A stretch of 64,000 nucleotides of DNA from Plasmodiophora brassicae (lineage: Eukaryota). Each line of letters begins with the position of its first letter. Position 1 is the stretch's first letter. Where the stretch lies: contig CP145412.1 of assembly GCA_036867785.1 (NCBI GenBank), positions 620,001-684,000 of the forward strand. Reading direction: 5' to 3'. This document shows positions 47,324-58,996 of this stretch, in pieces. The notes beneath the pieces are model-generated. The model was given only the letters and a program-made list of their open reading frames with translations, made no database searches and was not told the DNA's origin. The position numbers were made by a program, and so were the translations under genes.

Positions 47324-50279
47324 ATGGCTGCGTCCGATTACTTGATGGCGGCGCGATCGTCGGCGGACGGCCCGCGCTCCCTGATCCACGTCGTCGACAA
47401 GGAGGGAGAATTCTGCTCCACGGCCGGGGGCATAACATCGTTCCTCGACGTGCACGGCCTGCTCGATCGCGGCACCGACTATACCGTCGTTGGGATTATG
47501 GGAGCACAAAGTTCTGGAAAAAGTATGTTTGACCGAACGGTCGGTCGAAGTTCGGTATTCCCGCCATTCTTACTAGTGCGCTCTAGGTACTCTCCTGAAC
47601 ATACTGTTCGGGACCTGTTTTGAAGAATTAAACTCGCAAGCTGGGCGGCAGATGACGACGAAAGGTCATCCGCGATCGCGACGAATGTGTCCGTAGGCGC
47701 AGGTCTCACTGTCGTCGCAGGTGTCTGGTTCGGGTCGTCGCCCAAAGTGAGCAATGTACTGGTCATGGACCTGGAAGGCACGGACAGCGTCACCCGAGGA
47801 CAGGAACGACACCCGTTTGAGCGGCAGTCGGCGCTGCTTGCGCTGTCTGTGGCCGAGGTCGACCTCGATATGGGCCCTGCTTATCGCATCAGCTAATCGG
47901 TGGCGGCTGCAGGTCCTTATCATCAATATGTGGCAGCACGACATTGGTCGATATGTCGCATCGAACTACGGGGTACAACCAGGTTACCGCAGCCGTCGAT
48001 GACTTTGGCTAACCCCGTCTCCTACAGGTTCTTTCGACGATATTTGAGGTCAACTTGCAGCTTCTCGCCGAAGAGATTCGCTCGTCGAAATCGCCGCCGA
48101 ACCGAACGTTGTTGCTGTTCACGATTCGCGATCACGTCGAGTCGGAAAGTCCCATTTCGGTCATCTCGAAGCAGCTGCGTGCTGATGTTGAGCGCATATG
48201 GTCCGAAATGAAGATGCCGGCGGGTCTGTCGCACTTGAAACTCAGTACCATGTTTGATATCGAGTTCGTGGCGCTCCCTCACAAGCGTTATGAGTCAGAG
48301 CAGTTCAACTCGCAAGTGGATGCCTTGCGTCTTAGGTTGTTGGGCCAGGCCTGCTTGTTCAGCTATCTGCCGCTGATACGATCGGCCGTACAGGTTCACA
48401 GATCCGTCCAGTCCTGGATACATTTTCGGGCCCGAGAGGCGCCTTCAGAAAACCGTTTCAGTGCCTGCCACTGGACTGGGACACTACGTCGAGACGATCT
48501 GGAGCACGATCAAGAGCCATGCGGATCTGAATTTGCCATCTCAGAAGGAGATGCTTGCGATCTTCCGGTGCGACGAGCTGTTCACGCAGATCAGCGACCA
48601 GTTCGAGTCGGCGCTCGAGGAGCTTCGAGGCCTCGTTGAGACCTGCTACCAGGAGGACTTCAAGAAATGCGCCACAGCCCTTCTGTCTTCGTCATTAACT
48701 GCGTTCGATGATGCGGCAACCGGTTATCACGCTGGAACCGTAGCGCGAAAGCGTGGCGAGCTGCAGGCGCGTCTCATCGAGCACCTGAAGCCACTGTGAG
48801 TTGCGCGTTCTCCTGCACGTGTGCATCTCTGAAACGACACGGGCAGCTGGGCACTGCAGTTAGGCCATGCGAAGGCCCTGGCGTTGGCGGAGTTCAAGAC
48901 GAAAGCCGATTCTGCTCTGCCAAAGCAAAAGGCTTCAGACCGGTTCGGTGAAATCATTTCGGACTGCCGACGTGCTGCGAAGCAACGTCTTGAAGAACTC
49001 GCTGCCAAATCAGTCATCGACTCGGCATCGGGGTGGTCACGTGATTCTTTTGTCTCCCAGCTGCAGGCGGATATCGATGGTAATCATTGTTTCCTCTGCA
49101 TCACCTGTGATATTCACGACACCCTGTTTCTGCAGATTGCGTTGAACAGCTTAAGCAGCTGCAAGTCACTCGTCTGGCTGACGAGGTGCGGGTAAAGGTC
49201 AGACGCCATCTGCTTCCGCAGTGTGATCGTATATTCGAACTTGCGCCTGAGACAATGTGGGATGATGTTCGTGACGCTTACGGTGAGGAATATCGTTGGA
49301 AATGCCCGCAGCGTTGTGGTTTACGTGGTTTCCTTTCAGAACAATGGCTCAGTGAACTCCAGGGCGGAACTCTTGATCGAAAGCTGTCGTCACTCTCGCT
49401 TGATGCGTCGCGAGCGGAAAAGTTCAGAAGCGATGCGGCGACTGATGCGCTTCTCCAGTTGCACGAAGAAGCCACGAAACATGCTGCCTTCGTCAAGCAC
49501 AAAATGATTCGTTTGTTCGATCAGCGCTTTCGCCTGGATGCATCTGGCTTGCCGCGCGTTTGGCACCAGGAGCGTGATATTCGAAAGTTTTACATTGCTG
49601 CTCGAGATCACGTAAGCTGCTAGTGGTCAGTGCTTGGGCGATAGGCCTGACATCTTCCGTAGGCATTATCTCTGCTGTCCCTATTCTCCAAATTCCAGCT
49701 CGGCCGCGACAGCGACAAATCTCCGAAGAAGGGTGGCATGCTGCCAACGCTTATCTCGGAATCCGAACAGGCCGCTCTTCGTACAGACTTCCAACGCTCG
49801 TGTGAAGATGCGCTTAATGCGGCTGAAGCGTCTCGAGCCCGTGCATTGCACATGACATCGACTCCGGCATGGGTTCTCCCCCTCATCCTTGTCCTTGGAT
49901 GGAACGAGGCCATGACGATTCTGCAACATCCGCTACTGCTGTTCCTGATCATTTTGATCGGCGCTGCTCTTGGCGTGATCTGGTATCTGGACATGTGGGG
50001 TCCTGCCATGGCAATGGGCAAGATCGTCGTGCGCCAGGTGACGTCGGCTGTTATGGCGCATTTGGATGGACAGCCTGGCCGGCAAACCCCAGACAGCATA
50101 GAACTCTCTAGCTCCGCGAGACGAGTCAGTCGCCTTTGCAATCTCACTTTCCGCTGTTTCTGATTGTTTTACAGGCATCACCGAGGAAACCGGACCGATC
50201 TCCTCGCCGCTCTAAATCGCCCTTGGCTTCGTCTTCACCGCTGGGCGCCCGTGTGACGGCCGCCCACGGCCCGAAATGA
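47324..50279 (+). CDS. SEY1: ER fusogen GTPase SEY1/RHD3, multi-exon
   Basis: IMGAQSSGKSTLLN, QMTTKG, VMDLEGTD, FERQSALLAL, LLFTIRDH, DLNLPSQKEMLA.FRC, FRLD..GLPRVW, TPAWVLPLILVLGWNE. Confidence 0.96.
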
Positions 50280-50317
50280 ACTAGCGCTATCAGGATCTGC
50301 CATCGCCCTTCTGTTTA

Positions 50318-50695
50318 TTACATTGGAGTGTCTGGAATCCGACGTATCTGTGGTGGCGAAGGTGGCTTAATCCCCATGACAGTACCTGGTGCTTCAGGTG
50401 CCGATGCAGCGGGGACCGCCATGTTCATAGGTGCTGCGCCCGGATTCGCGGCGCCTGAGACCGGCACGCCTGGAATTGCAGATGTGGCAGCCGCATGCCG
50501 CTTCTTGCCCTTCGTCTTCTTGTGACGGGTGCGCATCTTGTTCGGCTTCAGGGGAGCTGGACGGTTGCTGCTGGCTTCTTCACAATCATCAGGGTCCGGG
50601 GGAGCATATCGGTGACGGCGCTTCTTCGCGTCGGATGCTGCCATAATGGCAACGCCGACGACGAGCAGGACGATCAGCCACGCGCGGGAATTCAT
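50318..50695 (-). CDS. Small secreted basic/Pro-rich protein (candidate effector)
   Basis: Signal peptide MNSRAWLIVLLVVGVAIMAASDA, followed by KKRRHR and RHKKTKGKKRH clusters. Confidence 0.65.
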   Translation of the reverse strand: MNSRAWLIVLLVVGVAIMAASDAKKRRHRYAPPDPDDCEEASSNRPAPLKPNKMRTRHKKTKGKKRHAAATSAIPGVPVSGAANPGAAPMNMAVPAASAPEAPGTVMGIKPPSPPQIRRIPDTPM

Positions 50696-50808
50696 TGTTC
50701 GAGGGGTGCCAACTGTTAGGAAACTCTGACGAAGAATTCCAGGCAATCGTTAAGTGAATGGCACTGTTGTGCCTGATGATTCATCGCCATGGTGGTTGAG
50801 CAGGTGAG

Positions 50809-52478
50809 TCAACGTGACCCAGGTGGTTGGGAATCACGATACCAAACCGCAACCGGGCCCATAATCTCCATCTACGGCGGAGCCGGAAGCGGATCAGTCA
50901 GCGGCAGACAGGTCCACGCGTGAAGCAAATGGGGGACCGCGCGAACAAGTCGCTGTAGATCTCTTCGGGCGGTCAGTCGGTTGCCTGATTGCAGCATCGA
51001 GAAGGCGCGATGAATCAGCGTAATTGGATCAGGACCGTACATCCGGACAGACAGGTCGAAAGTTCGAATGGCTTCCTGGTAGTCGGCCAGTGCGTGAAAG
51101 CACCGGCCGACATGAAACAAGACATCGTCGGCCCCGTCTTGCACAAAGCAATGATCACGAACCAACAGAAGTGCTTGACGGGTATCCGACCGAACGTCGC
51201 TACCGGGGCAGGCGCTGACGGCCAGCAGAATTCTGGCGACAAGTTTGTGGAATACGTGGGCATCATAGTGGCTCAGCCTGAGAATGGATAAAAGGTTCGA
51301 CAGTGTCTGGGGTGCTTGCTCTGCGCAGAGAGCGGCCTGCAGCTGAAAGAAATCAAACGGCTCCAACCGTTCCGCAACGGATTGCACTGCTGGGGACGCT
51401 TGATGGAACCCCCATCCAAACACACCCAGTCGCAGCCGACTATAACAGCAGGAACTCGACCAGACGATGTTTGCTACAAGCAACCGTCACGTTAACAGTT
51501 GGGACAGAAACAGTACAGGTAGTACCAGCTTCGCGACGACAGAAATCCGTCAGAACCCCAAAGCTAACCGGCAAAGAACACGACCCATGGATGGCGAGCG
51601 GAAGCTCGGGACACTGAATAACAGGATCGTCATCAAGCATGACGACAGCCCCGGCTGGCCCCTTATCTAAGAGTTGCATGCAGCTCGTGAGGTTCACATG
51701 CCGGCCGTATCTTCCCACAGTGGTTACCAGCAACGATGAAGAGCACTTCATGAGGTCTGATACGATCGAGGAGGCGCCGCATGGCGCTGAGAGAGCCGAC
51801 AGGTACAAGGGCAGAGTAGTTGCGTCCAATCGTGCCATGCAGCAAGGCTGCTGGACCTGATGGATCACAGGGCGTCATGCGCGTCACGATGCCGTCCGAC
51901 GTTAGGCGAATCTCCATCAGCAGGACGGTGCCCATCGACTCCGACGTCGCGTACATCTCCTGCGGTAGGCTGTCGAACACGTAGTTGGCGATGACGACGG
52001 TAGGCCCAGGAAGCCAAACGTGCCCAGCACGACGAAGGTAAACGGGAGATTCCGGAGGCTGCTCAGCATCAAGAACAGCGAAATCGAGAACGCCGAGACG
52101 GGCCAGGCCGCTTAACTGGGCCTGCCGTTCGTATCCGGCAACGTTACGTTCGGCGAGATCCGTCATGACATACAGCAGGCGATCAACGGGCCAATGTCGG
52201 CGCTTGCACAAGTTGATCCAGGTCATGACGAACAGAAATCCGAACTGGCCCGACCCGCTGCCGAGCTCGATGACCGTCAGGCGCGGTAGGCCCGGGTCAG
52301 CGCTGATCAGACTGGCGGCCATGTCGACGTACTGTCGCGCCGTGAACGCGTTCGTCGTGATAAACTGTGGCACCGCATCCCGCGATGCCGCTGCCCAGGC
52401 GCTCGGACCTCTCGACTCGTAGAACGTCCGCTGGTGGGCCCAGATCGGCGACCTGCTTAACGGGCGCCACCCGTCCAT
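50809..52478 (-). CDS. SAM-dependent methyltransferase-like protein (MidA-like fold) with C-terminal TPR, multi-exon
   Basis: VPQFITTN, VIELGSGSGQFG (SAM motif I), YVMTDLA, VIANYVFDSLP, and a TPR (VLFHVGRCFHALADYQEAIRTF). Confidence 0.75.
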
Positions 52479-52740
52479 CTGCGATCAGTGATCAGACTCG
52501 CTGTCCGCCACGCAGTCCACGCTGCATCTTAGGGCAACGCCGTATATTGTTGCCAAGCTGGAATACAGAGACGTGCTAGGCGAATCCGGTCACTACGCCA
52601 TTGCCTCTCGAGACAGAAACAACGACATTTCCTCGCTGCTGAGAGAACAACGACCAGATCTCAGCATTGGAGATGCCCTTATATATCGTCAAAATAACTA
52701 AACAGATCTATAGCTGCCGAGCAGGCACCTCCATCTTTAG

Positions 52741-53875
52741 TTAACGTCGTGTCAGTATCGGTCTAGGAGGTTTCCAATCCAGGCGGCTCTTCGGGACCTG
52801 GATCGACGGGGCGACCCAGGCGCCGCAGGAGCATTGTGATCCGCTCCAGTCGTAGGACCCCAGACGGGAATGGCAATGAGGGCACGAAAGTTTGCCGCTG
52901 ACTTCGCCCAACGGGAACACGTCGATGCCGTCGTCGATGAAGATCGACCCACACGATTGCGATGAAGAAGGTGGGTGATCTACGACAGATGACGATCCGA
53001 AGATGGGGCGGCTGCATTTGCGACAGGCGTAAAACCCAGACGAATCGGATCGTGCCTCGGCCGATGGTGCGGGTAATTCAGCAATACCATGGCTGTCGGC
53101 GACGCCAGCCGAGTGCTCCGGCACAGTTAGCCCCAAGGCGGTGAAATGTGCCAGCAATCGTTCCAAGTTGTCACGCAACGTAGTCATCAGGAGGAGATAA
53201 ATGGAAGTGTCATTGTCGATGACGCAATCCGGCGATTGGGACCTGCAACGCGCCACAAGGTCGTCAAGAAGGACCCAGCGTCCTTCACCGGCAGACGTTG
53301 TCACGGCGGCAGGTGTACTTCGAACAGGAATGCAATGAATGTCGTAATCGCCGGAAACACAGTGTAAACACAGGAGACCGTGTTGCATTCGTCTCATGAG
53401 TTGAGGCGCATCCCCAAAAGCGCCGTCGGTGCACTGCACTAACCGCTCGGCGACCAATTCGCGAACAGGCACGACATCATCCTCGGACTCATCAACGGTC
53501 ACCAAGGCGTCGTGGAAGAACTGTGAACTTTGGAGCCGGTCGGATATGGCTGCACGCCAGACGAATATGGCAATACGGCCATCGTCGAACCGTGTGAACG
53601 GCAGTGCCGATGCAATGACGCGTCGGCGCCCTTTCCTGTGCGTGCCAGGCATCAAGTGAGTGACGCCGCCACTGGACTGACTGCGGACTCCGCCGCGGTG
53701 TCTTTGGACTCCGCGGGGTCGTCGTTCGTACGAGGCTCTTGGACCAGCATCCGCTTCGACGCGATTCGTAATGAAGCACGAACGGTGCAAAGCTGGAGTG
53801 TAAGTGTCTGGGCGCGTCACTGCGACATATAATTCGAATGGGTCCACCGAAGCCGCGTACATCTGACAATGCATA
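52741..53875 (-). CDS. Protein with a C-terminal YVH1/DUSP12-type zinc-binding domain and an unrecognised N-terminus
   Basis: YACRKCSRPIF...CGSIFI...GKLSCPHCHSRLGSYDWSGSQCSCGAWVAPSIQVPKSRLD. Confidence 0.8.
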
Positions 53876-54302
53876 CCGGGGCACAACTCTGACGACGACC
53901 GACTCTGTTTCACGCGGCTACCCGCAACGACCCGGGGACGCTGATTATTAATTTGTTAAATAATTCGCAAATTCCCATCCGAAATAACTGTCCCTGCGCT
54001 GATCGACCGCACCATTGGCATCAAAGAAGCAGAGACGCATGGACATACAGGAATGGGTCGAACTCAAGGCATCGCGATTGCTCAGCGTCTGGAGAGAACT
54101 TTCATTGCCCTCGTCAACGATAGGTGACAGCTGGTGCTCTCGCTACAGACAACGCCGGCAGTTGCAGTCGCGCGCCTCGCATCCTGGCTCTGCATTGGCC
54201 AGAGTTGCTTTTTCTTTATGCTCGTATTCAGGTCAACCTGTTGGTGAACGATGTCAAGTCTTCTTCATTCGCTGAAATCGCTCACTCCGGACTGTCTACG
54301 AA

Positions 54303-54493
54303 ATTGTTATTTGTTGAAACAAATCAACTGCGAAATGGCTACCGGGCCTGCGCGAGGACATGGTCCACCTCTACGGAGCACACCGGATGTCTGCCATTAC
54401 AATATGGGCAAAGTGAGACCCGTAGAGGTGGACCATGTCCTCGCGCAGTCGCGGTAGCCATTTCGCATTTGATTTGTTGAAACAAGCAACAAT
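54303..54493. repeat. Inverted repeat hairpin, 74-bp arms with a 43-nt loop
   Basis: 54303-54376 is the near reverse complement of 54420-54493, with a perfect core ctgcgcgaggacatggtccacctctacgg. Confidence 0.95.
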
Positions 54494-54967
54494 ATTTGAA
54501 CAGTTCCCACCAGCACTGGATGATCTGTCGAGGCCTTGGCGAGTGCGGTGTCGTGAGGTCTCGTGCGATCAGGAGGCGACAACTGGGGCGTTGGACACGG
54601 GTCACTCACTTGATGCCTCCAGTTGCGGCCCACGTGCGAAAAGCATAGAGACGCGGTCCGCTACCAACCAGGTTCCTGGGCTTCTGGCAGATTGTCCGGA
54701 AGGCGCCATCATTGGTCATCTCAGCGCGTTTGATGAACCGTCGTGGCCAAATTGTCTGTAAACATTTTGTCGTCGTGGGAGCATGTTTGGCACGGCTGCA
54801 CGCCCAACCTGGCTCGGTGGATGGTCCTTGCGGAAACAGCGGAACCAGGAGGTGGCCGTGCGTTCACTGGGGGATGCGACTGCTGACCAAACGGTGCAAC
54901 CGCTATACGGACGCCTTCCAGTTCGAACCGTCTGTTTGTTTCCTGGAGCAGCACCTCCAGCACAGTC

Positions 54968-55040
54968 GCCTCTTTAGCTCAGTTGGCAGAGCATCCGCTT
55001 CGTAAGCGGGAGGTCGTGGGTTCGATCCCCATTGGAGGCA
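54968..55040 (+). tRNA. tRNA-Thr(CGT)
   Basis: 73 nt. Acceptor stem GCCTCT/GGAGGC, D-arm TAGCTCAGTTGGCAGAGC, anticodon loop TT-CGT-AA, T-loop GTTCGATCC. Confidence 0.95.
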
Positions 55041-55162
55041 CATGCTTTTCACGATCGTTCGGCTCTCCGTCCGGCGTGATTTTCTTTTTTTCCGATGCCA
55101 TCAGGAGTAACGTCGTCGCTCTGTCAGTCCCATTTCGAGTTCGGGTGCCCCTGAACAAGGGA

Positions 55163-55981
55163 ATGGTGCAGACAGGCGAAGGGCGTTACGCGACCGTGAA
55201 CGGCGTTCAGCTATACTACGAGACGCATGGCAGCGGTCGTCCGGTGGTTATGCTCCATGGCGGGTTCGGGTCGTTCGAGATGCTGGCGGGCATCTGGCCG
55301 GCCGTTGCCGAGAAACATCTCGTCATTGGTGTTGACTTGTACGGGCACGGTCGCACCGCTCTGACCGACCGTGCATTCACGACCGAAAACATGGCGGATG
55401 ACATCGCCGCTCTGCTGGTGCATCTCGGGATCGAACGCGCAGACATTATCGGGTATTCGGTGGGTGGCCTTGTTGGCCTTCTGGTTGCGATTCGTCACCC
55501 GGATCGTGTGCACACGCTAGCGACCATATCGTCTCCCATCAGACGATCGGCATGGTTTCCCGAGATTCGCGAGGGCATGGCCATGATCAGCGCCGACAAT
55601 TTCATTGGCACGCCTGTCGTCGACAATTATAACCGGCTGGCGCCAAACAAGGACGATTTTAAGCGGTTTGCCTCGTCGATGCGATCCGCAATGACTCGCG
55701 AATACGACTGGTCCGACAAGATCCCAGCTCTACCCATGCCCGTTCTCTTCATATGCGGTGATAACGATTCATTCCCGCCATCGCACGCCTGTGAAGTTTT
55801 CCAGATGCGGGGAGGCGGCCTGAAGGACGCTGGCTGGACCGGCGAGCATATCGTCCCATCGGAACTTGCAGTCTTGCCGAATACGACCCATTACAATATC
55901 GTTTCCGATCGGGCACATCTTTTGATTCCCCTCCTGACCGGGTTCCTTCATCGCCATCAACCCTCGCTCTCGACGCCGTAA
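55163..55981 (+). CDS. Alpha/beta-fold hydrolase, bacterial type, intronless
   Basis: VNGVQLYYETHGSGRPVVMLHGG, VDLYGHGRT, GYSVGG nucleophile elbow, GDND, LAVLPNTTHY. Confidence 0.92.
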   Translation: MVQTGEGRYATVNGVQLYYETHGSGRPVVMLHGGFGSFEMLAGIWPAVAEKHLVIGVDLYGHGRTALTDRAFTTENMADDIAALLVHLGIERADIIGYSVGGLVGLLVAIRHPDRVHTLATISSPIRRSAWFPEIREGMAMISADNFIGTPVVDNYNRLAPNKDDFKRFASSMRSAMTREYDWSDKIPALPMPVLFICGDNDSFPPSHACEVFQMRGGGLKDAGWTGEHIVPSELAVLPNTTHYNIVSDRAHLLIPLLTGFLHRHQPSLSTP

Positions 55982-56120
55982 CCGATCACAATGTGGTACT
56001 TGGAATACACTGAAGCCAGGCAGGACCCATCGGCCAACTACGATGGTGCTACGGGACGTACAGTTTAATTCATTCGCAGTTCCAACGAAGAGAAACGGAT
56101 CCGGGTTGAGCATATAACAA

Positions 56121-56767
56121 TCATTCGAGTTCGGCGACGGCGCCGGCTGCTTTGAGTTGTTCAATGATGGCCTCGGCGTCCTTCTTGTTGATATCCTTGA
56201 CGACATCGCATGGAGCTGACTCGACTAGCGCCTTGGCTTCCTTCAGGCCGAGCTTCGTGATGGCGCGCACCTCCTTAATGGTCTTGACCTTGTCGACCGC
56301 GTTGAAACTCTTCAGCTTCACGGTGAACGCCGTCTTCTCCGCAGCAGCAGGAGCCGCTTCCCCTGCGGCGTCTCCACCGGCCGCCGCTGCCGATCCTGCT
56401 CCTCCTCCCATCATCATCGGCATCGCCGCCATATCGGGAATGTCCAAACGCTCCTGCACATCGGCTTCATCAGTGCGCATTACCGATGGATCCTGCATAC
56501 TGCTGCGTACCTTCAGCAATTTGACAAAATCCCTGCATTGTATCAAGTTCAGCGACGCGATGTCGTCGACGAGCTTGGTGAGATCCGGCGCCGCCGTCGC
56601 CGACAGCAGGCGCGGCGACGTGATCTGCCGCCGCAGCGTCCTACCAGCGAAGTGTCAGTGTCAGCGGCCCGGCGGCGGTCGCCGACCCGACGGGTGCAGC
56701 TCCACAGTCAGCGCGGCCGTTACCTGCCGACGCGCAGCGCAAACTGCCCGACCTTGTCGCAACGCAT
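56121..56767 (-). CDS. MRPL12: Mitochondrial ribosomal protein L7/L12, 3 exons
   Basis: Basic presequence, [46 protein letters not shown]. Confidence 0.93.
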
Positions 56768-56810
56768 CCCCCACGGATTATGACAACCCAACGACGGGAT
56801 CCCGAATGTC

Positions 56811-58917
56811 TCAACGGCTACTTTTAGGGGCGTTGCGAGGCACCGTGCACAGGAGCGCGCTCAGCGTGCGACGCTTGCGTGATGATCGTGCCCCTGACGC
56901 GCGCAGCATGTCGCGAGCCGCCTGCTGCCCCGCTTTGGTCGCGATTGTTAACGCTGTATGGCCTGACGATGACGTGTGAGTCTCGTGGTGCCCGGCGGAG
57001 ACGGAGAATCGCTCACCGTTGCGGTCGATTAGATTCTTGTCGGCCCCGGATTCGATCAGCAACGCCACGGCGCCGAGTTGCCCGGTGCAGGCGGCGACCA
57101 TCAACGCGGTGCGCTCCTGCGTTTGAGGACAAGTCACGCCACGGTAGTGTCTGGGGAAGAACACGCCTACTGATCCAGGTTCGCGTTCGTCAATCCACAC
57201 GACGTTGCGTCGCAGTAGCTCCTGCATGATGTCGACGTAGCCGAGCTTAGCGGCAACATGTAAGGAGGTCCTATCTGGAATTGCATGATGATCTGAAGCA
57301 ATGACATGATGTTAGGGATAGCAAGCAGATAATAAGCCATTCGGGGGGCGAACGCACTCAGGAGATGGATCACCATCTGGGGCTGCCCGCGGCTGATCGC
57401 CCCGATCAATGCCGACGCGCCCTCCGCATCAACCTCATTGGTCGACGCGCCATTTGCCAGCAGAATGTCCACGGTCGAAAACCGCTGACCCACGTGTCGG
57501 ATAGCATTGGACACATCCCCAATGGAGCGCCGCACCTCATGTTCACACGCAATGTGCAGAACGGTCTGTCCCTTGGCCCGCGTCTTCCCGTTGACGGTTG
57601 CACCGCATTTGACAAGTGCCTGCACGACCTGGTCGTGGCCCTGCGCGGCGGCCATCATCAGCGGCGTCATCGGGCATGTCTCGATGTTCGGGTCCGCCCC
57701 GGCTTGGCATAGCGCTTCCACGCAGGGCAGATTGCCCCGGGTGCAAGCGTAATGCAGGCTTGACAGGCCGTCACCGTCAACCGCGTTCGGGTCGGCGCCG
57801 TACTCGACTACGATCGACGTCAGGTCCAGCGCACAACGTGGATCGTCGTTGGCCACGAACCTACGGCCCTAATAACGGCCGCCGCTTCATGGCGTTGGCT
57901 GTTTGCAGCATGATGCAACGCCGTCAACCTGCTGGACTTCTGGGCGGCATTCGGATCCGCGCCGGCCTCTAGGAGGTCCTGCACGATGGCGACATGCGCT
58001 CGCGCAGCCGCCATCTGCAACGCGGTCATGTCATCGTTGTCGCTCACGTACTCGGTGGCCTGGCCGAACTCCAGGAGCAATCTCTGAACCGGGCCATGAG
58101 CCCTCCCCGACCAGGTCGCGCACGACTTTGGCAACAGGTTGGGCGACCTGTTCGGGTCGCATCCATGCTCTGATCGCAACAGTCAGTTTTCAACGTGGAT
58201 GGGCATCGTTGGTTCGCTTGCCAGACCAAGCACGAATCGAAGCAATTGTAGGCGAGTTTCCACAGCTGACTGCGGCGCCTCGTCAAGGTCGGGTTGCACG
58301 AACACCGAGTCGTGCCAGTTAAACCGATGACGCAGCAGCGATATGATGTCCAGATGCCACGAAAGGTCCGTTCTTTGCTGCATGTCGGTCACGATACTGT
58401 ACAACGCGCGGCAATCGTCCTCAGACAGGAACAAGGTCCTCAAATTCTGTGCGGCACCTGTCAGTTCATGGTTTGCGTTCACGTTCCTGTCGACCAGGAC
58501 CCGGTATGCTAGAAGTTGGTGTGTCGACATGTCGCGCCGTTCGTGGGTGAACCGGTGTCCCAGGCGAACGAGATGCGTCAGCCAGTCGGTGGCATCGTGG
58601 CGAGCGCAGAATCCTAACGCCAACTGGGCGTCCCTGTCGCCGACTTTGAACGTATGCAGGAGCGCCTCGACGAGCATCGCCCGGTAGCGCCCCGGGACGG
58701 TGTCCATGGCGCGTGTTAGCCGATACTGTTTGTACCTGGCGGCTCTGTGTCGTGCGACGCTCCCGATCAGAGCGCCCAGGCGCTGCGCTTTCGTGAGCCG
58801 CAGGCTACGAGATGTGCACAGCACTGATGAACAATCGCGAGGACCGAGAAATGACAGAAGCGGGGACAAGACATCAGCGGGGACGGTGACCAGCGACGCG
58901 TTCGGCGCCGTCATCAC
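56811..58917 (-). CDS. F-box-like and ankyrin-repeat protein, multi-exon
   Basis: N-terminal VPADVLSPLLSFLGPRDCSSVLCTSRSL. Many ankyrin repeats (TALQMAA, TALHHAA, SSLHYAC, TPLMMAA, TVLHIAC, TSLHVAA, TALMVAA, TALTIA). Confidence 0.85.
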
Positions 58918-58996
58918 TGAAGACGACGAATGGCATCATGAGTCATGAGCGGTGGCAGGGACGAGGCGCGTGTCCCGCTCAGATATGTCTACCCGT

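Noticed and set aside
54339-54457. HNH-like peptide (CPYC...VEVDHVLAQ) within the hairpin
   Set aside because: Very short and terminated by stops, with no downstream Asn/His motif, so it cannot be told apart from chance.
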